DNA of 58,375 bases, the filler included, from Sphacelaria rigidula (lineage: Eukaryota), in NCBI GenBank assembly GCA_964200075.2. It is 8 parts of 8 records of this genome, joined end to end, with 100 filler letters (N's around TTAATTAATTAA, not from the genome) between each part and the next. Parts side by side here need not be neighbours in the genome. Positions count along the whole stretch, not along the records: positions 29,240 to 36,448 come from CAXNAA020015955.1; positions 36,549 to 43,757 come from CAXNAA020015956.1; positions 43,858 to 51,066 come from CAXNAA020015957.1; 5 more parts are not named here. One strand, 5' to 3'. Positions 36,075 through 48,430 of this stretch are shown here, in pieces. Below the pieces are notes generated by a model, which was given only the letters and a program-made list of their open reading frames with translations, ran no database searches and had not been told where the DNA came from. A program made the position numbers and the translations under genes. How positions within the stretch are numbered: the stretch's first letter is position 1; each line of letters begins with the position of its first letter.

Positions 36075-36660
36075 CTAACAGTGGAGTGAGTTTTTCGAGT
36101 AAGACCCAAACGAAAGCGGGGACAAAATCGTGCACGATTCTCGTACCTGCTCATTTACATCCCAAAAGGGAGATGGCTTATACTGCACTGTGCAGTACAT
36201 ATTTCGACGGCACGGGTATTGCGACCTACGGCATCGTGTGTGCAAAATAAAACAATATCAGTACATTTGTACGGTATAGCACAGAACACAAGTACAACGT
36301 AACAAGGCGCTACTGTAATACAGTACCGGCCCGCTAGTAAGAAACGTGTCAGTAAGCAAATCAGCCTCGAATTTCAGACAAACTTAACCCTTAGACCGCG
36401 AGTTTAGTCTTCTGTTGAATCGGTATCAATTTCAAGGGGAAAAAAGTANNNNNNNNNNNNNNNNNNNNNNNNNNNNNNNNNNNNNNNNNNNNTTAATTAA
36501 TTAANNNNNNNNNNNNNNNNNNNNNNNNNNNNNNNNNNNNNNNNNNNNCTCGCTGTGTTTTCAAAAAATATCCACGAGTGCACTCGTTTCGACGAGTAAT
36601 GACTCGTCCGACGTGTGAAAATCATTCACGAGAGCGGTCGAGATTGATTGACCCCGCCCC

Positions 36661-36721
36661 GGTGTTTTGTAGGGATGCGAGATCGATGATCATATAACCA
36701 CGGCATGCAAGATCATGAGTG
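36661..36721 (+). mobile_element. C-tract-associated element, subfamily 2
   Basis: AGGGATGCGAGATCGATGATCATATAACCACGGCATGCAAGATCATGAGT aligns colinearly with the subfamily 1 core. C tracts on both sides. Confidence 0.65.
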
Positions 36722-36741
36722 CCCTACCCCCACTCCCACCC

Positions 36742-36808
36742 ATGCTCCGTCTCGAAAGGGATGCGTGGTCAATGGTCAAATGACTAAGGCAAGCAACAAA
36801 TGAGTACG
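36742..36808 (+). mobile_element. C-tract-associated short element, copy 4, with a 14-bp TSD
   Basis: CCCCACTCCCACCC at 36728-36741 and 36809-36822. Confidence 0.85.
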
Positions 36809-37384
36809 CCCCACTCCCACCCCCTGTGCTATACAGAGCTCGGTTGAGCAATTTTCGTAGTTGGGTATCTTCCTAAATTTTCTTGTGAAGTATTTTCTTC
36901 CTCAGCACTCGAAAGTCCTGGCATCGACCGATATTGGGAAAGGAAGCAGGTGGTGCTCAGGACACAATCCTCACCGTGTCTTGTCAGGGTGATTTGGAGT
37001 AAGGACCTTGTTTATCAGGGGGTGCTATCGACCGTCACTGGTAAAACACACAGACACGGTTTTTCGGCTGTACAGCAGTCACACGAGAACGATTCGGATT
37101 GCTACAATGGAACATGAATACTCTAAAAGGGCCAGAACTTACGGCTGGGTAGTCGCAGGACCCCTGAGGACAGGTCAGCCCGTAGGTCGTTCAATATCGA
37201 GTGCACCGATGACTTGTATTTAGGAATGTGGGGCGGATGACTAGTATCTCCCGATCCTCAAACTATGGGATCCAACGGTCACTTGAATGAGCGGTGGCAC
37301 GCGAAAAAGCAATTGAAATCGCCAACTACAAAATAATTACGAAAATTGCCTGATTCAGCCGGAAACTATCACATGTACACGCTT

Positions 37385-37623
37385 GCATTATGTTTTGTAT
37401 ACTGAACAAAATCTGACGTCATAGTTGACGAGGGGAAGGGGCCGCCGAACCCTACTTGCAATTGAATGGAAAGCAAGCACCGCATTAGGAGGGTGGAGTA
37501 CCAAAACAAAATGGATAGTAAAAACTCGTATGTTGGCCGTTCTCCTGTGCCACCTGGGTTGATGCGTCCGCATATACCGAAAGGTGTAGATTGGCGTTCA
37601 GAATAGATGGTATGACAACACAC
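37385..37623 (+). mobile_element. 5'-truncated diverged copy of the 9584 SINE
   Basis: Shares GCAAGCACCGCA...AAAAACTC...CATATACCGAAAGGT...CAGAATAGATGG...GACAACACA. Confidence 0.7.
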
Positions 37624-37760
37624 CACACCCAGGACACTGAAGTAGGTCACACTGTCAAAAAGTGTACGGCGTACAGTATCGACTGCTGGTCTATTGCCGT
37701 AGACAATAGATACCATACTGTACGCAGTAGACTTTTCGACATCCTGTTGCCAAGGGATTG
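37624..37760. mobile_element. About 140-bp palindromic MITE, CACA..TGTG family
   Basis: ACACTGTCAAAAAGTGTAC.GCGTACAGT is shared with 41761 and, inverted, with 2450 and 3700. Confidence 0.6.
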
Positions 37761-39055
37761 CAACACACACACTATTACTGTACTGCTCGTGTTGGCTGGC
37801 AGCCCTACACCCCGAACCAGGGGCTCTTTCGTTGTCGTCTGTTTGAGCAAGTGACGTGATGATGTTCAGTCTCTTTGGCTGTTCAAAGAGTGTGGATGTA
37901 CCTCGTACTATGCTGTTATGCAAGGACTGTACTGTGGCGGTCCTGCTGTAGTGTGTGTTGCTTAGTGTACAAAACGTCTGTACAGAAATGTACTACAGTG
38001 GGTGGGAATTAGCGGGCCATAACGACCAAAAAAATCCATGCAGGACAGAAAAACAATGCGGAGGGAGAATGAGTGATGAACACGTCATCAGCTGTTCCGA
38101 GCTATTCCGAATAGGACACACGCTTCCTCCCTATTTAACGTGGTTTTAGGATACGAAAACTGTAGCACTTACATCGCGTCCTTCTCGGCACGGGAAGCAA
38201 GCTGGCCCGTGGCACTTGACAGCCCCCCGCACACACAAGAGCTAGTGAATTACTGAATATATCTGCGCAGATCGCCACAGCGGACCCAAAAACCCCCACA
38301 ACAGTACAAACGATATTTTGTTTTTAGTACATTTTGGTTTGGTGCAGCGTTCGTGGAACGCGTCAAGGATATGCATTTGATGGTTTCCTAGTCTGCGTGT
38401 GTGACAATAGCAATCCTCTGCTTAGTTGCCGAGAAATCCGTGTTGGAGGGTTGGCACTTTTGGGTTTGAAACCAACAGCATCTTGGCGGCACTAGCAGTA
38501 TGCCAAGGAAACGTTTCGTGCTGCTGCTTTGGTACGTGGGGGCCACTACTACTACTGCTGCTCGTATTACTGTCTCGTGATGTCCACAAGAGTGGCGAAC
38601 GTGGTGTGGTGGCTCGCGCGTGTGTGTTTCTCGAGTAGTTCAGCAACAAGCGGCAGCAGTACCCTAGTGCAACAACACGGGGCACAATAGCAACAGGAGA
38701 AGTAGAATCGAGCTTTTATCCTCCTCTGGTTGTGCCCCTGTTTACAGATGTACAGTAACGTGAGTCACGGGTTTGTTATGTAAATGTACTCTTTTTATAG
38801 TACATTTTGTATGGGCCAGGTCGCTATTTTGAGGTGATGCGTGTACTGCGATCGATACTGATTGGCTCGTTTAGGTTTCATTCTTATCTAGACAGACATC
38901 CATGCACACTTTCCCGAAATGTAGTTCAAAGCGCGAGGGGGAAAAAGAAGTGCATAAAATCGCCCCTTATTCTCACCCACAACTGTACTGCACTTTGTTA
39001 CCTTCCATGTGGAATCTTACGCCACACTAACCCAGTCCGCCGCAGTGTATTATTA

Positions 39056-40146
39056 CAAGGGTAGGTCGAGTAGAGCATACTCAATACTCAGTATTTTTGA
39101 AGAGTCATACTTTTAGTACTCAACATTTGAGTAGAGTATTTGAGACCATACTCGACCTACTCAAAATTTGAGTAGAGTATTGAGGTCATACTCGAGTGAT
39201 ATTCTATACTCAAGTATCACTGAGAGTGCTTACTCAATATTCGAGTAGAGTATCGGAGGCCGTACACGACCTACTCAAAAATTGAGTGGAGTACCTGAGG
39301 CCGGATCCGATGTGCCGAAAGCCTATAACTTCAACTTCGATGTTCGAGTTCGTACGCAAGATACTGAAACTGGGGTACAGGAAATACCGAGGTTTTCCTA
39401 GAGTTACCCACCCATGATGAGTGTTGATTCAAGGTCAAACTGTCTTGTCAAACCGTGGCCAGTAGAGGCACTCATTTTGATAACACATACTCGATGATGA
39501 TGAGTGGCACTCTGTACTGAAAGTGATATCGAAGGCGTTAAGAGGTATCGAGTATGAACTGCCGTGGGTGGGGGCTGGTGAGATGGGGCGCTGGGGCAAG
39601 TATGTTCGTTCACCCGCACGCTTCTTGATCTTTTTATGGTCATCATTCGCTCGTACTCCTTGTTGGCTGTGATGCAATGCCGCCCATCTATTTGATGGCC
39701 ATCGTTCGCCTATGCATTCAAGATAGTCTGTGAACTGACGTTACGAAGTCGCCGACTGTCAGGGGTACTCTATACTCGGGTATTACTGAGAGTGCTAACT
39801 CAAAATTTGAGTAGAGTATTTGAGGCCGTACTCGACCTACTCAAGCTTTGGGTAGAGTATTGAGGTCATACTCAAGTGATACTCTATACACGAGTATTAC
39901 TGGGAGTTTTTACTCAAAATTTGAGTAGAGTATTTGAGACCATACTCGACCTACTCAAAAATTGAGTAGAGTATTGAGGTGATACTCAAGTGATATTCTG
40001 TACTCAAGTATTACTGAGAGTGCTCACTCAAAAATTGAGTAGAGTATTTGAGGCCGTACTCGACCTACTCAAACGTCGGGTAGAGTAAATACTCGAGTTT
40101 TTTACTCGAGTACTCAAAAGTGAATACTCTACTCGACCTACCCTTG
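39056..40146. mobile_element. Non-autonomous hAT-type transposon
   Basis: TIR CAAGGGTAGGTCGAGTAGAG, 8-bp flanks TATTATTA/TATTATTG, subterminal TACTCAAAATTTGAGTAGAGTA arrays, weak internal relic of a hAT dimerisation domain on the minus strand. Confidence 0.8.
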
Positions 40147-40766
40147 TATTATTGTTGGTGTTCTAGACTGCTTCTTGCAAGAGCATGAGCCCCGGGCTCC
40201 TGTGATGCTCATATGCTTTCCGCACACTATCAACCCTCCAGGAACTCGCGAAAAAGAGTACAAACTCCTGTATGCGAGCTTTCGTCACAGGGAAAACGTC
40301 ACTTGGATTTCGGTGCACGAATCTGTTACATTAGTATATTTGAATTTAGAGTAGTGCACCGTTTTGGGCTATTACAACACTTGCAGAGAAACAATCATAT
40401 ATTTCCCCAAGAAGAAGTCAATTGTAAATCGTCTTTTTTCCATCAACGGTTCCAAAAGCACGTATGATCACAGTGATTTGCACTTCTCGAGCACATCTTA
40501 TCATGCCAATCGCCTCCTCTCACTGAAATAGGATTGCTACGGCGGGCACGATTCTCGTGAGCACTTGCGCCAGATATCTGTAGAAACCATTTATATACCG
40601 CATGCAGGCAGACCCGCCATAGACTCCCTCGCTTTTGCCAAGTAGAGAACAACGCCATTCTTGAAGTAATTTCGCCAGCCTTATCGTCAGCGCACCGCTT
40701 GTCATATCAATGTGCAAAACGGCGAACGTCTCGTCGGCCATTACCAATATTCTTGACATGTGCAAG

Positions 40767-40898
40767 GAAGATGCCTTTGTCACTAGCCGGCTTCACAGCC
40801 TAAGGTCAGGACTGCGAATGGGAGCCGAGGTGGAGCCGGACGGTGGGGGCAGCGACGGTGCGGCTCTGGCCGAAGCCAGGATTGTAGTACACGGACAA
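40767..40898 (+). CDS. Exon of an acylphosphatase-like gene (EDAFVTSRLHSLRSGLRM...AEARIVVHGQ)
   Basis: CAA|GTGAGG donor in phase 0. Joins 42823 to give ARIVVHGQ-STGGYFR, matching the first strand and loop of the acylphosphatase fold. Acceptor position uncertain. Confidence 0.6.
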
Positions 40899-41740
40899 GT
40901 GAGGGAAAGTAGGAGGAGCTTGAATTGTGGTTTTACTTTTCATTTCTTGGGGTTATCAATTTGTTGTTCGTTACGCAATCTTCGTGAACGTTTGTTCAGT
41001 TTGTCCCCGCGAGGAAGTTGCGATTGGCTAGTCAGTCTTTGTGTCAAATGCGCAGGCAACAAAGTTTTCGTGAGGTTGAGATTAGAGGATACGATTGAGA
41101 GTGAAAAGCGCTCAATGAGTGAATGATTCGTTTCAGTTCCGAAATGCCCCTCCACGAGGCCCAATGTGCTTTCTGTAGCTGCTTGCTACAGAGGCTCTTG
41201 ATATCCCTGAGTAGGATATCGACGTGTAGCTGTAAGCACACGCCAGTGGTGGAGGCAAAGAAAGGCACACACGGGAAAAAAATGGCCACGTTTAAGCGAA
41301 TGATCGAAGTAACTCTCCATCTCACGAAAAACGTTGTTAGACTTGGATTTTCGCGAGGCGTCCACCAACCCGACGTTCTCTTTCGTGCCCTACCAACGCG
41401 TACCAAGGTCGTCCTCTCTCATAGTCCTCGCTTTCCTTGAGAGTTCTCGCCCTGCCTGCTGTCGGGGATGGAGGCACGGTTACGGTTGGCGTGCGGCACG
41501 AGAAAAAACTTCTACTTAGCAGTTTTCAGCGATACGAACAGGGTTAAACGACAGCGATGTCGAATATCATCTTCCCATTTTCCCCGAGTTATTTCTTTGT
41601 CTTCGTTTTGTTTGTTCGTTGGTTTGCTCCGGTTTGCTTTGTGTTCAGTCTTCCATTTGTGTGTGTGTCCCACCTTTCTGCTTTTTCTTCACGTTCCTCA
41701 GAGGGAGTCCTTCCGTTTTGTTTGATCTCGGGCGCGTCTG

Positions 41741-41883
41741 CACACGCTAGACTGCCGATTACACTGTCAAAAAGTGTACTGCGTACAGTGTATAGTCTAT
41801 TACAATAGACGCAAAAGTCGATACTGTACGCGGCACACTTATTTATCATGTATTATTCAGTTTCGTTTTTCTTGGGTACGTGT
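41741..41883. mobile_element. About 140-bp palindromic MITE, CACA..TGTG family (intronic)
   Basis: Same core as 3605 and 37624. Confidence 0.55.
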
Positions 41884-41922
41884 ATTATGAGACCACGGCT
41901 GGACCCCTGGGGGGTCAGTTAA

Positions 41923-42051
41923 CCCTTTGGGAACTAGACCTCCAGGGAGTGCTGATTTTTGTGTTGGTGAATCGGCATCATTTTCAAGTCAAAATGATGT
42001 CGATTCACAAAGATTCACAAAACAAGAATCAGCACTTGAGTTCCCAAAGGG
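41923..42051. mobile_element. piggyBac-type MITE (129 bp)
   Basis: TTAA on both sides, perfect 13-bp TIR CCCTTTGGGAACT, nested internal inverted repeats. Confidence 0.9.
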
Positions 42052-42822
42052 TTAAAGTGCGACAATAAATCAGTCAATTATATTGTCCACGGTGTGCACG
42101 TCTGTCATGAGATCACGGCAGGATCCCTGACTGATCAGTTCACGTACGACAGCCGATCACTCAATCAATCGAATGGAGTTTCCTTCGGGACAGTCTCGGT
42201 TTGTTTACCTTGGGCGCGCCCATCTCTCGACCACGGCTAGGTTGGTACATCGCAGCGGATCAGTATATGCGCGACCGTTCATTGATGACTCGATCCTTCG
42301 CGTGCGGTGCCACAATGTGGTGAGGAGCGTACCGCGGGTTTATATGGTGTTAGGCCAGGCAGTAGGACTGGCGGCCGGCCAAAATCGTACAGCCGATCAA
42401 TGGTGGATTGTGTCAGTTTGCCACATGTTCATGCACAGTGTGCACGAGCTGATCCATGCATGTGACTAGAAGACGATTGCGACTCTCGCACGGCTGATTT
42501 GCTGTCCGGCTGGGGTCTTTATTTGCGTTGATTTTATGCAAAGCGTGTGCAGAAAGCAGAGCTGCACGTGCATTTGATCAGAGGGCGGTCACGACGACCG
42601 AAATGGACCCTCTTAGTCTCACACGCGTCGAATAGAATACAGGAATAAAAGTACTCGCAGATGGGCATACAAAAGGAATGTAGAACAATATATCTCCGTA
42701 GGAAAAACAGAGCTATCGACCCTAAACCGTAGCATTTTCGTGTGACCCAGCAGTGGCGTGTCCCGCCCATCACTCATCCTTGCGTCTCTCCTCTCTTCGT
42801 CGCCTTTCCGCGGTACGAACAG

Positions 42823-42985
42823 TCTACCGGCGGGTACTTCCGAGCACACGCTCGAAACGAGGCTCACTTCAATCGCAAGTTGTGTGGGGCGCTGAAGGAG
42901 CTGGGGAACGGGCAAACGGAGATTATTGTTGAGGGCAAGACTAGTGCCATCCGAAGCTTCCTCCGGTGGTGCAAAAAGGGTCCAG
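42823..42985 (+). CDS. Acylphosphatase-like domain exon; may read through to the stop at 43029
   Basis: STGGYFRAHARNEA...GNGQTEIIVEGKTSAIRSFLRWCKKGP matches the acylphosphatase pattern FR..A...DG.VE..AEG....L.W..GP. ACAG acceptor and CAG|GTATGT donor. Confidence 0.75.
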
Positions 42986-43857
42986 GTATGTTGACAATTG
43001 ACCACGTGTACACCGTAGCCACCCTTTGAAACCTTTGAAGCAACAGATCATGCCTCGACCTCTCGGCCATTTTTTTTTTTTTCAGGTTCTGCGCCTCAAA
43101 GCCGATGTTGATGCGCTTTTTTAGGGGAATAAAATGCCTACTCTATTGACCACTGGACACTACGCCTCTTCGATCTTCTTGCACAAAGACTTTACGGAGG
43201 TGGTCGTAGGCCAATTTCCGAGCAAAGCTGACGCCGTGTTGGATTCCCCGTTGATTTTTTATACCCAATACTGACCTGACGTTCGTCAGTTTGTGCGGGC
43301 GAGATCGCCAGTCGTCCACGTCAGCGCAGAGTAACATGAAGAACGAAAAAGGTCGATTGTTGGTGATGAGATTGTAGAACATCATATCGCGGGAGCCCAC
43401 ACCACTGACCCATGACATGTAACCCGTGTCGCACGATATTTTGCGTATGACGACTGCGTTCCTGCGGCAAATCCTGCGAGTCATCATAAGATACGTCGGG
43501 ATTCTCCACAAATTGTTTGCTCGGTAGGTTTGTCGGATAAATATAAACGGCAGTCAACATTTGATTAACCCTTTGGGAACCCTCCCCTCCCATCCCCGGG
43601 CCAGATGCCTCATTATGAGAAGCCCTGACAAATAAGAAAAGATGGATTTAGAGTCGCGAACTATTATACTTGAAATTAGAGAAGTGCACTGTTTCGGTCG
43701 GCTGCATCATCAAGAGCTGGCGAGCGTAAAAACCCACACTACTGTATATGGCCGGCGNNNNNNNNNNNNNNNNNNNNNNNNNNNNNNNNNNNNNNNNNNN
43801 NTTAATTAATTAANNNNNNNNNNNNNNNNNNNNNNNNNNNNNNNNNNNNNNNNNNNN

Positions 43858-46800
43858 TTCGGCCTTGGTTTTCTCGCCCCGTTGAGCGACTCGGATGAAA
43901 TCCCGCACCACCGCTTTATTGATCGAGAAGCGGTCGAGCGATACCGTCATCACCGCCGCGAAAAAGATGTTGAACAGATCAGGGGAGAGTACACAACCTT
44001 GACGGAGGCCCCGGTTGACGTTAAACCACTCCGATGTCTCGCCGCTGTCAAGGCGTACGCATGCCCGCATGTCGTCATGGAATTGGCGGATGATGGAAAT
44101 TACCTTGGCGGGTATCCCGTAGCGTGCTGCAACTTTCCAGAGAAGAGAATGGTCCACTGAATCGTACGCTTTTTTGAGGTTGATGAAGCACATATACAGA
44201 GGAGCATTCTTCTCTCGGGCCAGCTCTTGGAGTCTGCGTACAACGAACATCATGTCGACTATGGAACGGCCAGGTCGGAAACCGCATTGCGCTTCTGGGA
44301 GGATTCCCTTCCATTCGCAGTAGGCACTGAGGCGAAGCGTAACTATCTTGAGCACCACTTTGCCCGCGTGGGACCCGAGAGAAATACCGCGGTAGTTGCC
44401 GCATTCGAACGGGTCCTCTTTCTTGAAGAGCACCTTGATGATAGTATCTTTCCGTTCTTGCGGTACAAGTTCCTAACGCCACACGGTGAGCACGATGTCG
44501 TGGAGGTACTTCAGGATGGCAGAGTCCTCGGTGCGGCCGAGCTTTAATAGTTCGCCACAGATGTCGTCCGTCCCAACGGCCTTACCGTTCGCCAGTCTGC
44601 CCACCGCTTGCTTCACTTCTGCCATCGAGGGCTCCGCCGCGAGCGGTGTGTGCTCTGGCTGCTGTTCGATGAGGTCGATGACGGAGTGATCGATTGTAGG
44701 TGAGGTTGCGTTCAGCAGTATGTCAAACCAGTTCTTCCATCGTTGCAGGATAGCTTGCTTGTCCCACAACAGCTCCCCAGTCGCGCTCCGGATGTAGGTT
44801 GAGTCGCTCTGCTCCTTCCCTTCCAGTTCCAAGGACTTGATATGCTGGTACAGTCCTGCTTGATCCTTCTTGCGAACAAAGTCCGCGGTCCGGACTGTGA
44901 ACTCGAGGACGAAATTCTGCAGCTCAGCATTCTTCACCCGCTTAAACGCCTTGTCCATCACCTTCAGCGCCTTCTCCAGGGCAGTGTCTTCGGGGTTTGC
45001 TCGTTGTTTTTTCCATACACTTTCCCGGATGTCCCAGCCGTTTGGGGGCGGTCCTGAGCTTGAGATGGTTAACTGAAACCTCTCGATGGGGTTTTCTTGG
45101 GTCATGGAGGGAGTGTATCCGCGGCGGTCTGTCGCAGGGCGTTGGCGAAGGTAGACGCCATGTGGTTGACGTCCGTCAATGCGGGGTAATTAGTGGCATT
45201 CGGGAGCTCAACGAGAATGGCCTGTGCAACAGTAGCCCTCCAGTTTCGGTCGGATGCGAGGGCTTGGCGGTCGAAACGCACTCCCCTATCCCCGCCTCTC
45301 GATCGGGGTTGGCGGTTGGGGGCGTTCCGTCCAAGGAGACGGATTGCGGCAGAGACCAGACGATGGTCCGATTTCATCCCGGGGTGCACTGTGACATTTC
45401 GGACGAGTCTGCGATCCTGCTGACGTACGAGAATGTAGTCCAGGCGCCAGTGGTGTTCGACCTTTGGCCCCGGATATGTGTACGCGGTCGAGCTTTCCCC
45501 GCGAATTGGTGTGCGAAAAAAGGTGGTTGTGATGGCCATTTTATTTTCCGCGGCGAATTTTAGAAGGCGTCTACCATTATCGTTCCGGGTGTCTCTGCCA
45601 TACTCTCACGACACCCGAGCGTCGTCCATGCCTCCTACTTCTCTCTTTCCGGTACGAGCATTGACATCCATCATTAGTACTAGGTGCTCGTTGGTGGGCA
45701 CTTCAGCGATGGAACTACCTAGAGTTTCCCAGAACATGGTCTTATCAGAACCTTGTGCTGTCTCAGTAGGAGCATACCCTACAATGAAGGTTGTGGCAAC
45801 TCTATGCCGGAAAGCTACTCGTACCTTCAGGACCCTGGCACTCACGTGTTCGGGAGTGAAGGCATCTGGACCAAGTGTGTTGGTGATAGACTCCTTATTG
45901 GCAAGGCCGACTCCGAGCATTCCCGGTTTCCCCCTGTCTCCATGGCAGTGGCCGCTGCAGTAAACCATGTAGCCCACGGTCGGTGCGTGGGAGGTTGTTC
46001 GTCCATCGCGACGGGTTTCTTGGAGGGCGAAGAAATCCCAGTTGTACTGGGAAGCAAAAAGCAGTAGGTCCTCTGCATGGCCTGAGCCGTTGGAACCTCT
46101 CTCGGCCATGGTGCGTACATTCCACGTGGCCACCACCAGCTCTTTGGATCGAGTCTCCGCCCTTGCGGCAGTACGATACGCGTGAGCCTGACCTTATCGG
46201 CTCGCCGAGCTGGTCTGTCCCTCCTTCTCTTCCTTCGTCTTTCTCTGCCCCTTTCTTTTTTGGTGTCTGATCCAGCGTTCGTGTGCTACAATTATCCGTT
46301 TCCACGCACCCTTCTGCCCACGCTGGTTCATGCCTATCTGTTCCTGCGCAAGGTTCAGCGGACCTCGCGCACGTCGACCTCCACCAAGTCGACCTTTATG
46401 CTTACACGCACGCCGCTGTCTGCTCTCAGAGCTACGGCAACAATGCTTTCGGTGGTGGCGATGAGTAGTCGGATTAGCGGCCCCTTCCGGCAGGGGTAGG
46501 GCGTGTTCCGATATCATCGCCATGTAGCAGCACGTTTACGGTTGGTAAACACCGTACGGTGCAGGGAGGGGCGCTGGCGCAAGGGTATTCAAACCCACCC
46601 CACTGTGGTGCGTAGCAGTTAGATACTGTAGGAGAAGTTAATCTCCGCACAAGTCGAGTGTGCTACTCTTCCAGGGATCTTTGCCTCAGCTGGCCTTGAC
46701 CCGGTGACGGCGGTTCGGGTCTACGACCGGGAAAGGTACCGACTGTATTGCGGGTGATGAACACCGTATGGCTCGCACGAGCAGGGGTACGTGGGATGAG

Positions 46801-46960
46801 AAGTAACCCAGCTACCGCACGGGCGTGGTACGAAGTAGGTTGACAGTAGGTATCACAGATACTCCGTACTATCCAAGTTGCTGAGTCTTTCCGTGGGCCG
46901 CTGCCGTCAGCCAGCCCAACCCGGCCTCAGCGCTCGGGCCGAGGCCGGGGGAAAAGCAGA
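43858..46960 (-). mobile_element. RTE-like LINE (5' region, APE, RT N-terminus; cut by the contig end), degenerate
   Basis: VATWNVRTM, ALQETR, VGYAPT, DVNARTG, LDYILV, SDHRLV, then [26 protein letters not shown] and [10 protein letters not shown]. The 5' boundary is approximate. Confidence 0.9.
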
Positions 46961-47199
46961 CGGTTAGACGGAAAAATATAATCGATTCAACTCATATTCA
47001 TCATTTCAACGAATAAACTATACGATCCGTACATCATTTGTAATTCGTACAGCTTCTTAGCTCGTGCGTGGTGCAGTATATCCCGAAGGTACCCGCTTCA
47101 TACCTTCCATGAATACCGGGGTAAGTAATGGGCACATAGTCAACCCTTCACTGCAAATTTGGATGCGCTGATAGTACATGTCACGCACTTATTATTATC

Positions 47200-48430
47200 A
47201 TGAGTCTGGAACGTCATGTACAACTTGCTTGACCAACGTGTTGGAGATGAGCACCCGTACATTTTTCCTACCTTCGGGCTCATGCGGGACCAACACGTTG
47301 TACAGGTCGAATCTTCACTTCCGATGGGCCATGAACCACGCGTAATTTTTCACAGCTGTGATGCGCGCAAGATGAGTGCGCTGCATATGTGTTATCCACC
47401 CTCTACTCAGCAGGACCAACAGTTTTTACAGTATGACTGCTTGAGCATCATGGCGAGTCGACTCGTATGAATTCTGATTTGTCCTAACCGTGCTTTTTTT
47501 GCCCAGTTTGGGGGGTCAGGCGATCCCGTAACTGTATCATTTCTGTGTCGGTTCTGGTCTCCACGGCGGTAATAAGTCTTCCAATATTCTTGGAAGAAAC
47601 ACAAGTCTTGCAAGGAGCAGACGCTATCGTTGCACAAATCGAGAACTGCTGAAACGTTCTCAGAGGCCGCAGAGTGTTGTGGCTAGCGCAGAATCACCTG
47701 GGTCGGTTTTCGCTCAACGCTTGTACGTCTTGCCAGGCTGATTTGATCATAAGGTTTCACCACATCCTTGCCGGGGTGACTTGGATGCCGATTTCTATAC
47801 AAACCTTGTTCTGCATCGCCATTGTTGTCGCGGAGTTTGCAACACAGATAAGCAGCTGATGTTATGTAGAGGCTGACAGAGCCACTGCAAAAACACCTGC
47901 GGTACATGAGGTAAACGTCTGCTTCCGAGTCGTCCCGTCCAAGAGTTCAACATCGCCGTGGCCCTTTTTGCAAGACATGTACGACCCGTGCATTTTGCAG
48001 GCGCTGTTGAGCAAACGCTGCCCACCCCTACCACATGCGGCCGTTCCAACGCGTACCCACGTGAATTGCGCATGTAATGCTGCATGGCGATCGCTCAGTC
48101 TATCGATGTTGTCTGGCTCTTCACTTTGCACAACGATATCTAGCTGGCTCGTCCTGTCTGACGTACAAACCCTGGGTTTTGTATTTTCATACATGAGTGT
48201 CAGATATCGTTGATAGGGCTTGAGCATGATTTAGTTTCGGTCTTGGGCTTGACATGTTTTTTGCAGTGGTCATCCTGCTATTGTACTAAACTAGCACTTC
48301 ATCCGCCCCCGATCCCTTCTGCAAGTGTGTAAAAAACGTTCCATTCGCTGGAATGATTTTGCGAGTAGCGTTGTGGAAGTTTGGCGTCAGCTTACTCGGA
48401 GCGTCGTCTGCGTTGAATGCAGGCAGCAGC
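47200..48430 (-). pseudogene. Degenerate intronless coding relic, KDZ (Kyakuja-Dileera-Zisupton)-like transposase candidate
   Basis: Ordered relic motifs CKK..TAGVFAV, CNDSVCSL (cf. YDxxCxL), DQNRHRN (cf. DxxHxxxH) and NTYAA..KNYAWFM..RFDLY. Needs several frameshifts. Confidence 0.45.

Noticed and set aside
36074-38500. Ankyrin gene sharing a promoter with the acylphosphatase gene; RTE LINE lying in the acylphosphatase intron
   Set aside because: Both inferences cross linker gaps between apparently unrelated contigs.
39060-40140. CRISPR-like array of palindromic repeats
   Set aside because: The intervening sequences are themselves repeated rather than unique spacers, the array is bounded by TIRs and a TSD, there are no cas genes, and the context is eukaryotic.
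40500-40620. Mitochondrial-carrier-like peptide GFYRYLAQVLTRIVPAVAILFQ on the minus strand
   Set aside because: Short, followed by a stop, with no carrier signature or supporting exons.
43143-43520. Possible 3' exons of a convergent minus-strand gene
   Set aside because: The frames are plausible but there is no recognisable domain and the splice sites are ambiguous.
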